From sequence record MK817115.1: a stretch of DNA of 64,000 bases; one strand, given 5' to 3'. The translations under genes and the position numbers were made by a program. How positions within the stretch are numbered: the stretch's first letter is position 1; the number at the start of each line of letters is the position of its first letter. Shown in pieces: positions 18,713-27,481 of this stretch. The notes beneath the pieces are model-generated. The model was not told where the DNA came from and searched no databases. It worked only from the letters and a program-made list of their open reading frames with translations.

Positions 18713-20599
18713 TTAGTTTTTTTTCACCCCACCCCATTTTTCATAGATTGCAATAATTTTATCTATGTTGTTTGGTGTAGTAGTTTCAGTATAACCATCT
18801 GGCATTTCTTGTTTAGTTAAAACGCCTTTACCAAATAGTTTTTTACATTCTTTTTCAGCTTCCTTACACTCAAACACAGATGTGAAAAAATACGTATGTA
18901 ACGATTCAATTTTAAATAATGATTTTTTATTTTGCTGCATAACCCTCTTACCTTTCTGCTTTTCAATACCATATTTCAATGCTACAGATAAATCACCATC
19001 CAAAATATTATGAATATATGCATATTGCTGAGAATGACCAGCCGCAAGTGGATGACCAGACCCACAAAGGTGACTTGCTGGAGTTTGCCAAAAGTCTCCA
19101 TACACTGGATGAGTTATTAATACTTTCGTTGAAGAATTTACATAATCAACTTTATCATAATTATATAAGTTATTATGAACTTCATTTGCTTTAATTTTAA
19201 ATTCATCACATGTATAAGGAACACCACCTTTGACTTTCGGGTGTCCTTTACCTGCCAAATGCCCATTTGGAGTTTGCCAAAAGTCTCCATACACTGGATG
19301 AGTTATTAATACTTTCGTTGAAGAATTTACATAATCAACTTTATCATAATTATATAAGTTATTATGAACTTCATTTGCTTTAATTTTAAATTGAGTTAGA
19401 TTTTTTATTTTAAAGTTAGCTGTATCATATTTCAAACTGTTTTTTAAATGTGTTAAGTGATTTTGTGGTGTACTTTTGAATTCTCCGTAAATTTTATGAA
19501 CTATAGTTACAGGTGTACTTTGATTTATATAGTTTACTCTATCATAGATATATTCTCCACTTGATTTGAACTCCAAGCACTTTTCTATAAATGTTTTAGT
19601 ATCTATATTTTTACAGTTTCCACAAGTTTTTAAATTTCTGTTCATTATAACGTCCACAGATATATCGTATTCACACCCACATGATTTATAACATACTTTA
19701 ATTTTCTTTTTTGTACCAACATCATCAGGTATTAGGATTGGTGTAATAAGTTGATTGTTAGGTGAACATTTGTAAAAATAATATAAAAAATTATTTTTTG
19801 TATAATGTGGTCTATGTACTATATTATTATTGATCAAATATGATGCTCTGGAAATACGATATAATACTCCTTCGTGTTCCGTTATTACAGGAGTTTTTTC
19901 ATTTTTCCATTCACTAAGAGATGATATTGCATATCCAATAATATTTTTACCAACCGACAATGCTTTTTCTTTCATTTTTTCGGCAAGACCGTAACCATGT
20001 TTTTTCATTTCCAATGGTGAAATCCACGAGAATGCAACATCATCCCCAAATATAAAATGGGAAATTGTAACACAATCATCATCAGTAGTCATGGATGTAT
20101 ATTCATTGTTATCTTCGATTTCTGATATTAATTCAGATTTACATTTAGAACAATTACAACCGATTTCATCACCCAGTGTAGAAATAGTAAGCGTTTTTTT
20201 AGTTCCATTTTTACAAATATATGGTATTTTTGTTGAATTATTTTTATAAACTTCAACTTCACCACTAACTGTATCAATTATGCCACCATAAGTACTAATC
20301 CAAGAATTAATTCTTTCCCTAACAATTAAAATATCTAAACTTTTAGCATGACCATTATACCAGTCTTCACATTCAGGACAACCAAATTTTTTAGATGGGT
20401 GTGTGAGGTTTGCGTGATCCATAAGATATACTTGTGATATGCCTGATTTGTGTTTTAATACATCATTGCAAACTACTTGGATGTTTTTTAATTTGGCATT
20501 TTCATACTTACTATAATCAGCTTCAATTGGAACGTTATGTTCTAATACTTTATTGTTGAATTTTTCTTTTGCTTGTTTAGGGGTTAATTTAGCTGGCAT
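18713..20599 (-). CDS. Putative homing endonuclease with repeated DNA-binding modules and a C-terminal GIY-YIG-like (T5orf172/MUG113-type) domain
   Basis: 628 aa; repeats FKIKANEVHNNLYNYDKVDYVNSSTKVLITHPVYGDFWQTP; CxxC motifs; YAY..LKYGI..R..E..GYTET. Confidence 0.6.
   Translation of the reverse strand: MPAKLTPKQAKEKFNNKVLEHNVPIEADYSKYENAKLKNIQVVCNDVLKHKSGISQVYLMDHANLTHPSKKFGCPECEDWYNGHAKSLDILIVRERINSWISTYGGIIDTVSGEVEVYKNNSTKIPYICKNGTKKTLTISTLGDEIGCNCSKCKSELISEIEDNNEYTSMTTDDDCVTISHFIFGDDVAFSWISPLEMKKHGYGLAEKMKEKALSVGKNIIGYAISSLSEWKNEKTPVITEHEGVLYRISRASYLINNNIVHRPHYTKNNFLYYFYKCSPNNQLITPILIPDDVGTKKKIKVCYKSCGCEYDISVDVIMNRNLKTCGNCKNIDTKTFIEKCLEFKSSGEYIYDRVNYINQSTPVTIVHKIYGEFKSTPQNHLTHLKNSLKYDTANFKIKNLTQFKIKANEVHNNLYNYDKVDYVNSSTKVLITHPVYGDFWQTPNGHLAGKGHPKVKGGVPYTCDEFKIKANEVHNNLYNYDKVDYVNSSTKVLITHPVYGDFWQTPASHLCGSGHPLAAGHSQQYAYIHNILDGDLSVALKYGIEKQKGKRVMQQNKKSLFKIESLHTYFFTSVFECKEAEKECKKLFGKGVLTKQEMPDGYTETTTPNNIDKIIAIYEKWGGVKKN
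19079..19392. repeat. 125-bp identical direct repeat (19079-19203 and 19268-19392) inside the endonuclease gene
   Basis: Read base by base; 189-nt (63 aa) period. Confidence 0.85.
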
Positions 20600-20828
20600 T
20601 ACTTAAAACTCCTTTCCAGTACTGAACCCGTCCAGCACCATTAATCTTAGCCTGAATCTTATCTTTTTCGACAAGACCTTCTTTGTAATCGATGGAAGTA
20701 TTATCACACTTAATTACATCCAAGTCAAGTACTTCTTGTGTACTTAATGAAGTATTGTCTGCAATTTGTTGTAATGTAATTATATCAGTACCGAAGAATT
20801 CTGCTAAACGTATAAAAGATAGTTTCAT
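20589..20828 (-). CDS. Hypothetical protein
   Basis: 79 aa, GAGG RBS, downstream of cassette 2. Confidence 0.7.
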   Translation of the reverse strand: MKLSFIRLAEFFGTDIITLQQIADNTSLSTQEVLDLDVIKCDNTSIDYKEGLVEKDKIQAKINGAGRVQYWKGVLSNAS

Positions 20829-20854
20829 GTATTACCTCTCGTTTCGATAAAATA

Positions 20855-20887
20855 ATTATAGCAAAAAGGGCTGACCGAAGTCAACCC
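20855..20887 (-). promoter_or_regulatory. Terminator/promoter overlap cassette 2
   Basis: GGGTTGACTTCGGTCAGCCCTTTTTGCTATAAT. Confidence 0.85.
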
Positions 20888-20893
20888 TTTATG

Positions 20894-21253
20894 TTATTCT
20901 AACTCACTCATTGTGGCGATAGTTAATCCCATTTCTTCTGCAATGTTGCATAGCAAACCAACTGCATTACGAAGAATATCAGTGTTGTCCACCGAGAATG
21001 ATGAGTTTTCATTTACAGTTGAAGACTCAATGTAGTACTCAAAATAACGAGAAGTTGAACGCACAACTTTAACACCTTCATACTTCTGTAGTTCAGAGTT
21101 GATACGCTCGATGAGCGAATCTTCCAGTACTCGATAGTCACCATTCATTCCACGTTTCCATCCATCAGCAGGACGGAAATAAAAAGTTTTTGTACGTTGA
21201 ATTGTTGAGATTGTTAGTGGGTTGTATTCTGCGATTTCACTTAAAGATGCCAT
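20894..21253 (-). CDS. Hypothetical protein
   Basis: 119 aa, GAGG RBS. Confidence 0.7.
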   Translation of the reverse strand: MASLSEIAEYNPLTISTIQRTKTFYFRPADGWKRGMNGDYRVLEDSLIERINSELQKYEGVKVVRSTSRYFEYYIESSTVNENSSFSVDNTDILRNAVGLLCNIAEEMGLTIATMSELE

Positions 21254-21316
21254 GTTGTATTCCTCATTTTCTTTGTTACATGATACTGAAAGATAAAACT
21301 GGTGTTAATGTTTTTT

Positions 21317-21751
21317 TTAGATCATAGAACGATAATACTCAGGTAACTCAACATCAGTAAATTTATACCACGTAGGCTTCATCTGGAGCTTCTCAATCAA
21401 ACGTTCACGAGACATTTTAATCTCTGACTCCGTTGGTATGTAGTCATTACAAAACTCAGCAGGGAAGCCGCTAATGTCGTTTACTTCAGTGTTTTGAATC
21501 TTCATACCACGACGCAGACATTCGTTGACAATATCAATATGACGCTTCTGTAAGTACAGTAACTTGTCGTAGAAAAATGTTACATGACCTGAACCTAACA
21601 GATAAGTACTGTTAATTTTGAAATCACGTACACGCTTACGTGCTTGAACGTGTTTTTGTACAGCACCAAATACACGTGGGAGTTCACGATATTCAGCCAT
21701 CAGATGTTGGTCAGCAAGTTCTTTAACGTGTACTAAGTTAATGCGTGTCAT
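21317..21751 (-). CDS. denV: Endonuclease V (pyrimidine dimer DNA glycosylase/AP lyase)
   Basis: MTRINL...[18 protein letters not shown]...[13 protein letters not shown] matches T4 endonuclease V. Confidence 0.95.
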   Translation of the reverse strand: MTRINLVHVKELADQHLMAEYRELPRVFGAVQKHVQARKRVRDFKINSTYLLGSGHVTFFYDKLLYLQKRHIDIVNECLRRGMKIQNTEVNDISGFPAEFCNDYIPTESEIKMSRERLIEKLQMKPTWYKFTDVELPEYYRSMI

Positions 21752-21779
21752 GTATTCATCCTCTCGTTTCGATGAAATG

Positions 21780-21812
21780 ATTATAGCAAAAAGGGCCGAC
21801 TGAAGTCAACCC
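21780..21812 (-). promoter_or_regulatory. Terminator/promoter overlap cassette 3
   Basis: GGGTTGAC-TTCA-GTCGGCCC-TTTTTGCTATAAT. Confidence 0.85.
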
Positions 21813-21895
21813 TTTTTTTTTCTTTCAATCAAACATAGTCTACCAGAATGTACCATGCGATGGTGATTAGAACAAAGAATCATACACTTCTTCAT
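21806..21895 (-). pseudogene. Possible HNH nuclease C-terminal remnant
   Basis: 29-aa MKKCMILCSNHHRMVHSG resembles the LCxNxHxxxH tail of HNH domains. Confidence 0.4.
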
Positions 21896-21907
21896 TGTTT
21901 AATCCAT

Positions 21908-22177
21908 TTATTCAACAATCCCCAACTTCACAATCTCATACCCGTCCAGATAGCCGTAGGAACACTCAGGTGTTTCATAAGATGAACCATCATGGATGCC
22001 TTGGCATTGACTTTTGGAATTCTCAAGCAATCGTTGCAGTACTGATACGTCATCAAGAACGTAATACAAGTTAGCATATAGGTCAGTTACAATACAGTAC
22101 TCCAACATATCAAATGTATCAATCGAAATTTCAACCTTAGCAAATCGTTTCTTTTCTTTATTATACAGTGCGTACAT
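21908..22177 (-). CDS. Hypothetical protein
   Basis: Start MYALYNK (GGAG RBS); N-terminus resembles 24040..24294. Confidence 0.7.
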   Translation of the reverse strand: MYALYNKEKKRFAKVEISIDTFDMLEYCIVTDLYANLYYVLDDVSVLQRLLENSKSQCQGIHDGSSYETPECSYGYLDGYEIVKLGIVE

Positions 22178-22178
22178 A

Positions 22179-22550
22179 TTAATCTCCATAATCAAGTTTA
22201 ACCAACTTACCACACAGATACCCAAAGTTTTCTGGCTTCGCATCTGAATAGAAGAAGTCAGTACTTAACTCTGAATTCAATGCTAAAGCACACAACTCCA
22301 CCCAAAATAAACCCCTATGTTGTACTGGCTTACAACGTTTCTGTACAGTTACTAGTCCAGTACATGATGACCACAAAGTAGGACAGATACCAGTATCACT
22401 ACGCTTGGAGTACTGCATCCACGAACGTTCATTGAGGTTAGCTATCATCCCTGTTAAGAATAGCTTCCAACTTTTAAAGGTTGGAATCTTGATAGCGTAT
22501 TCCCCAATGAGGATAACAGTTCGGGTTGCACCTTTCAAATCTATATTCAT
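22179..22550 (-). CDS. Minimal protein-kinase-like protein
   Basis: GATRTV...YAIKIP, DAKPENFG, KLDYG motifs in 123 aa. Confidence 0.65.
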   Translation of the reverse strand: MNIDLKGATRTVILIGEYAIKIPTFKSWKLFLTGMIANLNERSWMQYSKRSDTGICPTLWSSCTGLVTVQKRCKPVQHRGLFWVELCALALNSELSTDFFYSDAKPENFGYLCGKLVKLDYGD

Positions 22551-22560
22551 ATTATTTTAA

Positions 22561-22812
22561 TTAGAAGAACACAAACCAAGTCCAGAATAAATTCCACACT
22601 ACAAATAAAGACATAGTGGTTTTATGTACAATATCAGCAGTACTGGTCCATCCTCCACCGTGTCCTATTCCATTTATGAATAGAACTAAGAACAAGATAC
22701 CATTTACTACAATAGTACATAGTAAGTACACAAACACATTCCATGCAAGTTCAGGGGATACTAACGTAAATGGTAAAACAATTAGTAGTATTAGAACTAA
22801 TAAAATTTTCAT
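22561..22812 (-). CDS. Small membrane protein
   Basis: 83 aa, hydrophobic. Confidence 0.65.
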   Translation of the reverse strand: MKILLVLILLIVLPFTLVSPELAWNVFVYLLCTIVVNGILFLVLFINGIGHGGGWTSTADIVHKTTMSLFVVWNLFWTWFVFF

Positions 22813-22840
22813 TTATCGCCTCACTTAATTAACGTGACAA

Positions 22841-23017
22841 TTAGTACGAATCAGATTCCCAGTACTCGATTGCTTCTTTCAGCAATTCTTTAGCACGTTG
22901 TTTTGCAATGCGAGCGGGTAACAGATATGTGTACATTAACTGACGCTTCACTTCATTCAGTGAAAGCTGTTCATGGTACAGTGCATCCATCAGTCGATTA
23001 CGAGTACGTAGTTTCAT
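22841..23017 (-). CDS. Hypothetical 58-aa protein (not in ORF track)
   Basis: MKLRTRNRLMDALYHEQ...YWESDSY*, AAGGA RBS, fills the gap. Confidence 0.6.
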   Translation of the reverse strand: MKLRTRNRLMDALYHEQLSLNEVKRQLMYTYLLPARIAKQRAKELLKEAIEYWESDSY

Positions 23018-23028
23018 ATAAGTTATCC

Positions 23029-23583
23029 TTATTTCAAAGAATCATAGTAAGCAGTGTCAAAGATTGGAGTCATAATAACATAGTCAATACGGTCAATGTA
23101 AGTTGAACTCCACATTTCTGGTTTGTCATAAAATTGACGTTCGCGTTCATTCATACGAGTCAGTACTTCTTCCAATTTACTACGTGAAGCCATCAATGTA
23201 TTACGCGATCCATAAGTGAAGTACTCAGTCCATTGATATTCATATTCAGTACTGATAGATTGAATAGTACCATCTTTGAAATGAGCTAATGCATAACCTT
23301 TCTCTACAAAGTTATCAGGTGGAAGAACACCATCTGGATTAGTTTTCAATGCTTTTTCTAACTTTTCTTTAATTTCAGTTAACGTGCATACTGAACGAAT
23401 GTTCTTCAGGTTTGATACTTGAAAATCACTGTACTTTCCAAAGAAAAATACACGCCAATCTTTAGGTTCATTATCAGATACGGTAACATCAGGATGATGG
23501 GCGAGTAAACGAAGAAGGCCAGCTTTGTGACCGTTAATGTAGATTTCATGGATGTGGTTAGCAGTTTTCTTAAAAGTAATCAT
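23029..23583 (-). CDS. Hypothetical protein
   Basis: 184 aa, GAGG RBS. Confidence 0.7.
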   Translation of the reverse strand: MITFKKTANHIHEIYINGHKAGLLRLLAHHPDVTVSDNEPKDWRVFFFGKYSDFQVSNLKNIRSVCTLTEIKEKLEKALKTNPDGVLPPDNFVEKGYALAHFKDGTIQSISTEYEYQWTEYFTYGSRNTLMASRSKLEEVLTRMNERERQFYDKPEMWSSTYIDRIDYVIMTPIFDTAYYDSLK

Positions 23584-23630
23584 GGTAGTTCCTCGATTGT
23601 AGGGATGAGAAGTTCATCCCCTTGATAAGC

Positions 23631-23658
23631 ATTATACAGTACTGAATGTGTTTGTCAA
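23631..23658 (-). promoter_or_regulatory. sigma70 promoter with CAGTACTG in the spacer
   Basis: TTGACA-AACACATTCAGTACTG-TATAAT. Confidence 0.75.
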
Positions 23659-23659
23659 C

Positions 23660-24040
23660 TCAAAATAAATTCATTTCATGTGCGTATTGTGGTTCAAGAT
23701 AAGATAAGTTTTTGAAACTGTCTTTCAATTCCGCATCATCTACGTACACAGTACCAGGTACATTCCCCATAGTGAAGCCAACCCAAACAGTCATGTTTCC
23801 AGTTCCTAAGCGGGGCATTGATAGCGTCCCGTCAGGTGAAACATCAAACGCTACACTAAAGTCATCCGTTACAACTTCCGAACCATTTTCCAGAATAATA
23901 CAACCACGTTCTTTAAGCTTCTGAATGTGGATAGCAGCCTCTACTGCACGTTTAAAGTTATAATAAGACTCTTTATCCTCGAACATTGATTGTTTAACCA
24001 GACGCTTGTTTAGCTCGGTTACTTTGTGCATTTGACGCAT
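23660..24040 (-). CDS. Hypothetical protein
   Basis: Probable start MRQMHK, coupled to the upstream stop. Confidence 0.65.
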   Translation of the reverse strand: MRQMHKVTELNKRLVKQSMFEDKESYYNFKRAVEAAIHIQKLKERGCIILENGSEVVTDDFSVAFDVSPDGTLSMPRLGTGNMTVWVGFTMGNVPGTVYVDDAELKDSFKNLSYLEPQYAHEMNLF

Positions 24041-24294
24041 TACTTCAACTCCCACAGTTGTAGAATTTCATAAGAGCCTGGTGGTGCTGGATTGATAATC
24101 TCAGGGTATTCAGTACTGTTAGGATTACCACCAGCATTGAACTCAGCAAGTAATAATTCGAGTTCATTCCTATCATGTACAACAAACACGCAATATCCAG
24201 TTCCTTCTTCAAGAACTGTAGTTGATCCCGCACAATCCCATACGGCATCAATACATAATAATTCTTTAGTGTTTTTATTACGCAACGCAAACAT
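24040..24294 (-). CDS. Hypothetical protein
   Basis: 84 aa, AGGAG RBS. Confidence 0.7.
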   Translation of the reverse strand: MFALRNKNTKELLCIDAVWDCAGSTTVLEEGTGYCVFVVHDRNELELLLAEFNAGGNPNSTEYPEIINPAPPGSYEILQLWELK

Positions 24295-24303
24295 ATATGT
24301 CTC

Positions 24304-24648
24304 CTATCGATTCGGCATATTCTTTCGTAGTCGCAAGAGAAATTCAACCACTGACCATGTTGTAATGAAGGCTATATAAGTTGCAAGGAATCCAGTAAGA
24401 ATAAATGCAACCAGCGTACTACCATTTGGGGAATCAGTTTTAATGCCGATGACACCATCGGCTACAGTGAAACATGTAGCCATTAATGTGTAACCTACGT
24501 ACAACACAAAGAAAAACTCATTCTCCATTGAAGGATAGAAACGGTTAAACACTTTATAAAATTTAAAGTACAGTAGGATTATACCAACAAAGGCATAGAA
24601 TGTAAACAGTGTTGTTATAATATATGAGATTAGGTTCAAATTATACAT
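24304..24648 (-). CDS. Small 3-TM membrane protein, paralogue cluster B
   Basis: Hydrophobic; ends LRKNMPNR. Confidence 0.72.
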   Translation of the reverse strand: MYNLNLISYIITTLFTFYAFVGIILLYFKFYKVFNRFYPSMENEFFFVLYVGYTLMATCFTVADGVIGIKTDSPNGSTLVAFILTGFLATYIAFITTWSVVEFLLRLRKNMPNR

Positions 24649-24649
24649 A

Positions 24650-24997
24650 TCAACGCTCCGGTAGATTATCACGTAATGTTTTAATTCGATGATACATTTT
24701 CATACCAATATTACCAAAGATACCATATCCAAGTACTAAAATGTATGCAATAAGCATAGTAATAATTACTATAGTGCCAAAACTATAATGTACACTACTG
24801 ATACCCATTGTAGTTTCAACGATTATTTGAGAAACTGAAAGAATCAAAAGTACAACTACAATTGGATGATTTGGGTACATTCGGTTGAACAACGTTTTGT
24901 ACTTAAAGAAGCACAGTACTCCACCGAATAAGAAGTAAACAATGTAAATGCAAGCAACAGCATAGGCAAACATGTTAGTGTAATAAATCATTACCAA
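24650..24997 (-). CDS. Small 3-TM membrane protein, cluster B
   Basis: Ends LRDNLPER. Confidence 0.72.
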   Translation of the reverse strand: MVMIYYTNMFAYAVACIYIVYFLFGGVLCFFKYKTLFNRMYPNHPIVVVLLILSVSQIIVETTMGISSVHYSFGTIVIITMLIAYILVLGYGIFGNIGMKMYHRIKTLRDNLPER

Positions 24998-25000
24998 TCC

Positions 25001-25339
25001 TTACTTTTCAGGGATATTAGAACGCCATATATCAATGCGATGAACTAGTCCAAAGAACAACCATACTGGAACGGCAGCTATCATAACAACAAATGAAAAC
25101 CCAGTCAAGACCGATACCAGATTTAATTCATCAGTACTATACCCACATATCAGTACTTCTAATATTCCCCACGTACATGCACAAAACATCAAGAATGAAA
25201 TTGGGGCATCATAGTAGATACGTTCATATAAAGTAGTGTATCGGAAGAATGCAATAATGTAGCAAAACATATAATACACCCAAACCAAAGATACTACATA
25301 AAATGATACTTTGTTTATTAATTCAAAATATTGTTCCAT
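25001..25339 (-). CDS. Small 3-TM membrane protein, cluster B
   Basis: Ends WRSNIPEK. Confidence 0.72.
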   Translation of the reverse strand: MEQYFELINKVSFYVVSLVWVYYMFCYIIAFFRYTTLYERIYYDAPISFLMFCACTWGILEVLICGYSTDELNLVSVLTGFSFVVMIAAVPVWLFFGLVHRIDIWRSNIPEK

Positions 25340-25341
25340 TT

Positions 25342-25623
25342 TTACCCCAATATATATTCAGAGAGTAATGTATTAGCTTCATCTTTGTTCTTAAGGTAAT
25401 ACATGTAATATAGATTCGGTTCACCATCTTTAGAACTCAAATCGAAGTTCTTTAAACTATGTACTTTCATAGTAAAAACAAATAATGACTTAAAACCAAT
25501 CTCACCGTACTTAATAAACAGTTCATCCAAATGAATGTAACTTTTTGATTTGGATAATTCTTTAACGTCTGCATCAATTTCAGATAAAAGATGCTTACCT
25601 ATTAAGTTTTCAAATGAACGCAT
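25342..25623 (-). CDS. Hypothetical protein
   Basis: 93 aa in the operon. Confidence 0.65.
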   Translation of the reverse strand: MRSFENLIGKHLLSEIDADVKELSKSKSYIHLDELFIKYGEIGFKSLFVFTMKVHSLKNFDLSSKDGEPNLYYMYYLKNKDEANTLLSEYILG

Positions 25624-25684
25624 GATTTTATCCTTTACCGCAATTTTTATGGTTTATTAAGAATACACCAGAACATCAGTTCTG

Positions 25685-26326
25685 TCAATAAAAAACTGGA
25701 TCTTCTTCAGTAACTGGTATTTCTCTACGTACATCACACGAAAGAGGATCAGTAATGAATACATTGCCATCTTTATCCATCATGACATTACTGGAATGAA
25801 TGTCTGGTACAAAACGCCCGTGAAACTCTTTCATGATGTTAGCAGCGACCGTCGCAATAGCAATCTCTTCAGAATTACCACGCATATCATTCACTGAAGT
25901 AGCGTACTGACCAGCATGTGCATAAGAATATAAATCTCCAATTTTAGTACTAACAAAGTCATCATAATTATTTTTTTGTTTAATTATAGGATAGTACTTG
26001 TCCATCTCATACCATCCAAAGTTTCCTTGTTCGTTTGCACTGTAGATCACTGGAAGAAACTTGGTTCCTGCGTTTTCAATGCAGTACTTTGCATAAGCAC
26101 GAAAACCATCCCAGCGTGAAGTGGTTACTTTAAATGCACGTCCAGGATAGTTTTTATGTTCAACTACTACAGAGTACATCCCCATTCCAAGCAAAGTAAG
26201 TCCAGCAGCTTTAACTTGTGGAAAGATTACGCGTTCAGCATAAGGAATATCAAACTCCATCGCACAACGAGTTTTTGATGGACGCAAAATGTCAATTAAA
26301 GTTTTGAATATTTCTTGCTTAGTCAT
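25685..26326 (-). CDS. Ser/Thr protein kinase, T7 gp0.7-like
   Basis: LGMGMYSVV, RAFKV, DGFRAYAKYC, DIHSSNVM, FITDP; start MTKQEIF after GAGG. Confidence 0.8.
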   Translation of the reverse strand: MTKQEIFKTLIDILRPSKTRCAMEFDIPYAERVIFPQVKAAGLTLLGMGMYSVVVEHKNYPGRAFKVTTSRWDGFRAYAKYCIENAGTKFLPVIYSANEQGNFGWYEMDKYYPIIKQKNNYDDFVSTKIGDLYSYAHAGQYATSVNDMRGNSEEIAIATVAANIMKEFHGRFVPDIHSSNVMMDKDGNVFITDPLSCDVRREIPVTEEDPVFY

Positions 26327-26354
26327 TACTTTATCCTCTGTAGTTAATATCAAC

Positions 26355-26387
26355 ATCATAACAAAAAAGGCTGACCGAAGTCAACCC
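26355..26387 (-). promoter_or_regulatory. Terminator/promoter overlap cassette 4
   Basis: GGTTGACTTCGGTCAGCCTTTTTTGTTATGAT. Confidence 0.8.
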
Positions 26388-26395
26388 TTTTATTA

Positions 26396-26815
26396 TCATT
26401 TACAGTTTTCTATAACTATTGCACGTTTTAGTATTTTACTTTCATAAACATACTTAAGATGACCTTCTTCACGAATACGATTGAACACATATCCTAGTTT
26501 ATCTTTTAGTACTGAAGCGGTATCAATGTCAAGATTAACTTCAACCCCTCCTGTTAATTTAACTTTATATGTAAAGCTAAAAGCATCACCAGATTCAACC
26601 AATGGGACTACTTGTTCATACGTATTCAACATAACTCGTTCATCATTAACTAAATTATATATTACTATATCACAAGTTTTTACCCCAATTTCCTCTAATG
26701 TAGGAGCATTATCTACTATAACATCTTTTACTGTATTTGCAACCTGTTTAGCATCTGCTGCATATACATTAAAACTAAAAAGTACTAAAATAATACTTAA
26801 AAAAATCTTTTTCAT
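26396..26815 (-). CDS. Exported protein with signal peptide
   Basis: MKKIFLSIILVLFSFNVYA-AD. Confidence 0.7.
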   Translation of the reverse strand: MKKIFLSIILVLFSFNVYAADAKQVANTVKDVIVDNAPTLEEIGVKTCDIVIYNLVNDERVMLNTYEQVVPLVESGDAFSFTYKVKLTGGVEVNLDIDTASVLKDKLGYVFNRIREEGHLKYVYESKILKRAIVIENCK

Positions 26816-26824
26816 TATATATCC

Positions 26825-27148
26825 TTATTTTATTTTACATGTCATATCGGGTTGTGCTGGTTTATTATTTTTAAACGGATTAGGTTTTTTATCTTTCTTT
26901 TTATCTTTTAAAGGTTTTTTGTCTTCTTTTTTATCTTTATCTTTGTCTTTTTTATTTTTATCAGGTTCAGAGGGAGTATTACATTGTGCTGGGGGTTGAT
27001 TAGTTGGAGTACAGCTATTGTCTGATGGGAGTATTACTTCTTTACAATTGTAAAATAGTAAACTTTTATTTGTGGTTAAATTATGAAAACGATAGTTACG
27101 TTCATTATTATAATAAATTGTTTTAGTACTTTCAATGTCATTGCACAT
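26825..27148 (-). CDS. Lys/Asp-rich low-complexity ORF, possibly the frameshifted C-terminal half of 27159..27410
   Basis: No RBS; frame open upstream to about 27175. Confidence 0.5.
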   Translation of the reverse strand: MCNDIESTKTIYYNNERNYRFHNLTTNKSLLFYNCKEVILPSDNSCTPTNQPPAQCNTPSEPDKNKKDKDKDKKEDKKPLKDKKKDKKPNPFKNNKPAQPDMTCKIK

Positions 27149-27158
27149 TACTACTGAA

Positions 27159-27410
27159 TCACCGGAACTCTTTTTCTATTCCCATTACATCAGTCTTATG
27201 CTCAGATAGTATACCTGAAGTATATGAATCTTTGTTGTCAAACACATTAAATCCAATAGTTCTGTCGGTGTCGTGTATTATTCCTTTTGTGTATGAGGTA
27301 GTATAGAACTCCCCATTTCTGAAATCCTGCCTTGCTACGGAGCAATGATAATCTGCACCATAAGCAGTACTGGAAAATAATACAATTCCAAATATAATAT
27401 ATTTTTTCAT
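27159..27410 (-). CDS. Exported protein with signal peptide
   Basis: MKKYIIFGIVLFSSTAYG-AD. Confidence 0.65.
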   Translation of the reverse strand: MKKYIIFGIVLFSSTAYGADYHCSVARQDFRNGEFYTTSYTKGIIHDTDRTIGFNVFDNKDSYTSGILSEHKTDVMGIEKEFR

Positions 27411-27439
27411 TGTAATCCCTCTTCTTAATTCCTCTTTTG

Positions 27440-27471
27440 TATTTACAAAAAAAGGCTGACCGAAGTCAACC
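27440..27471 (-). promoter_or_regulatory. Terminator/promoter overlap cassette 5
   Basis: GGTTGACTTCGGTCAGCC-T7-GTAAATA (TAAATA at the -10 position). Confidence 0.7.
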
Positions 27472-27481
27472 TTTTGTTTTA

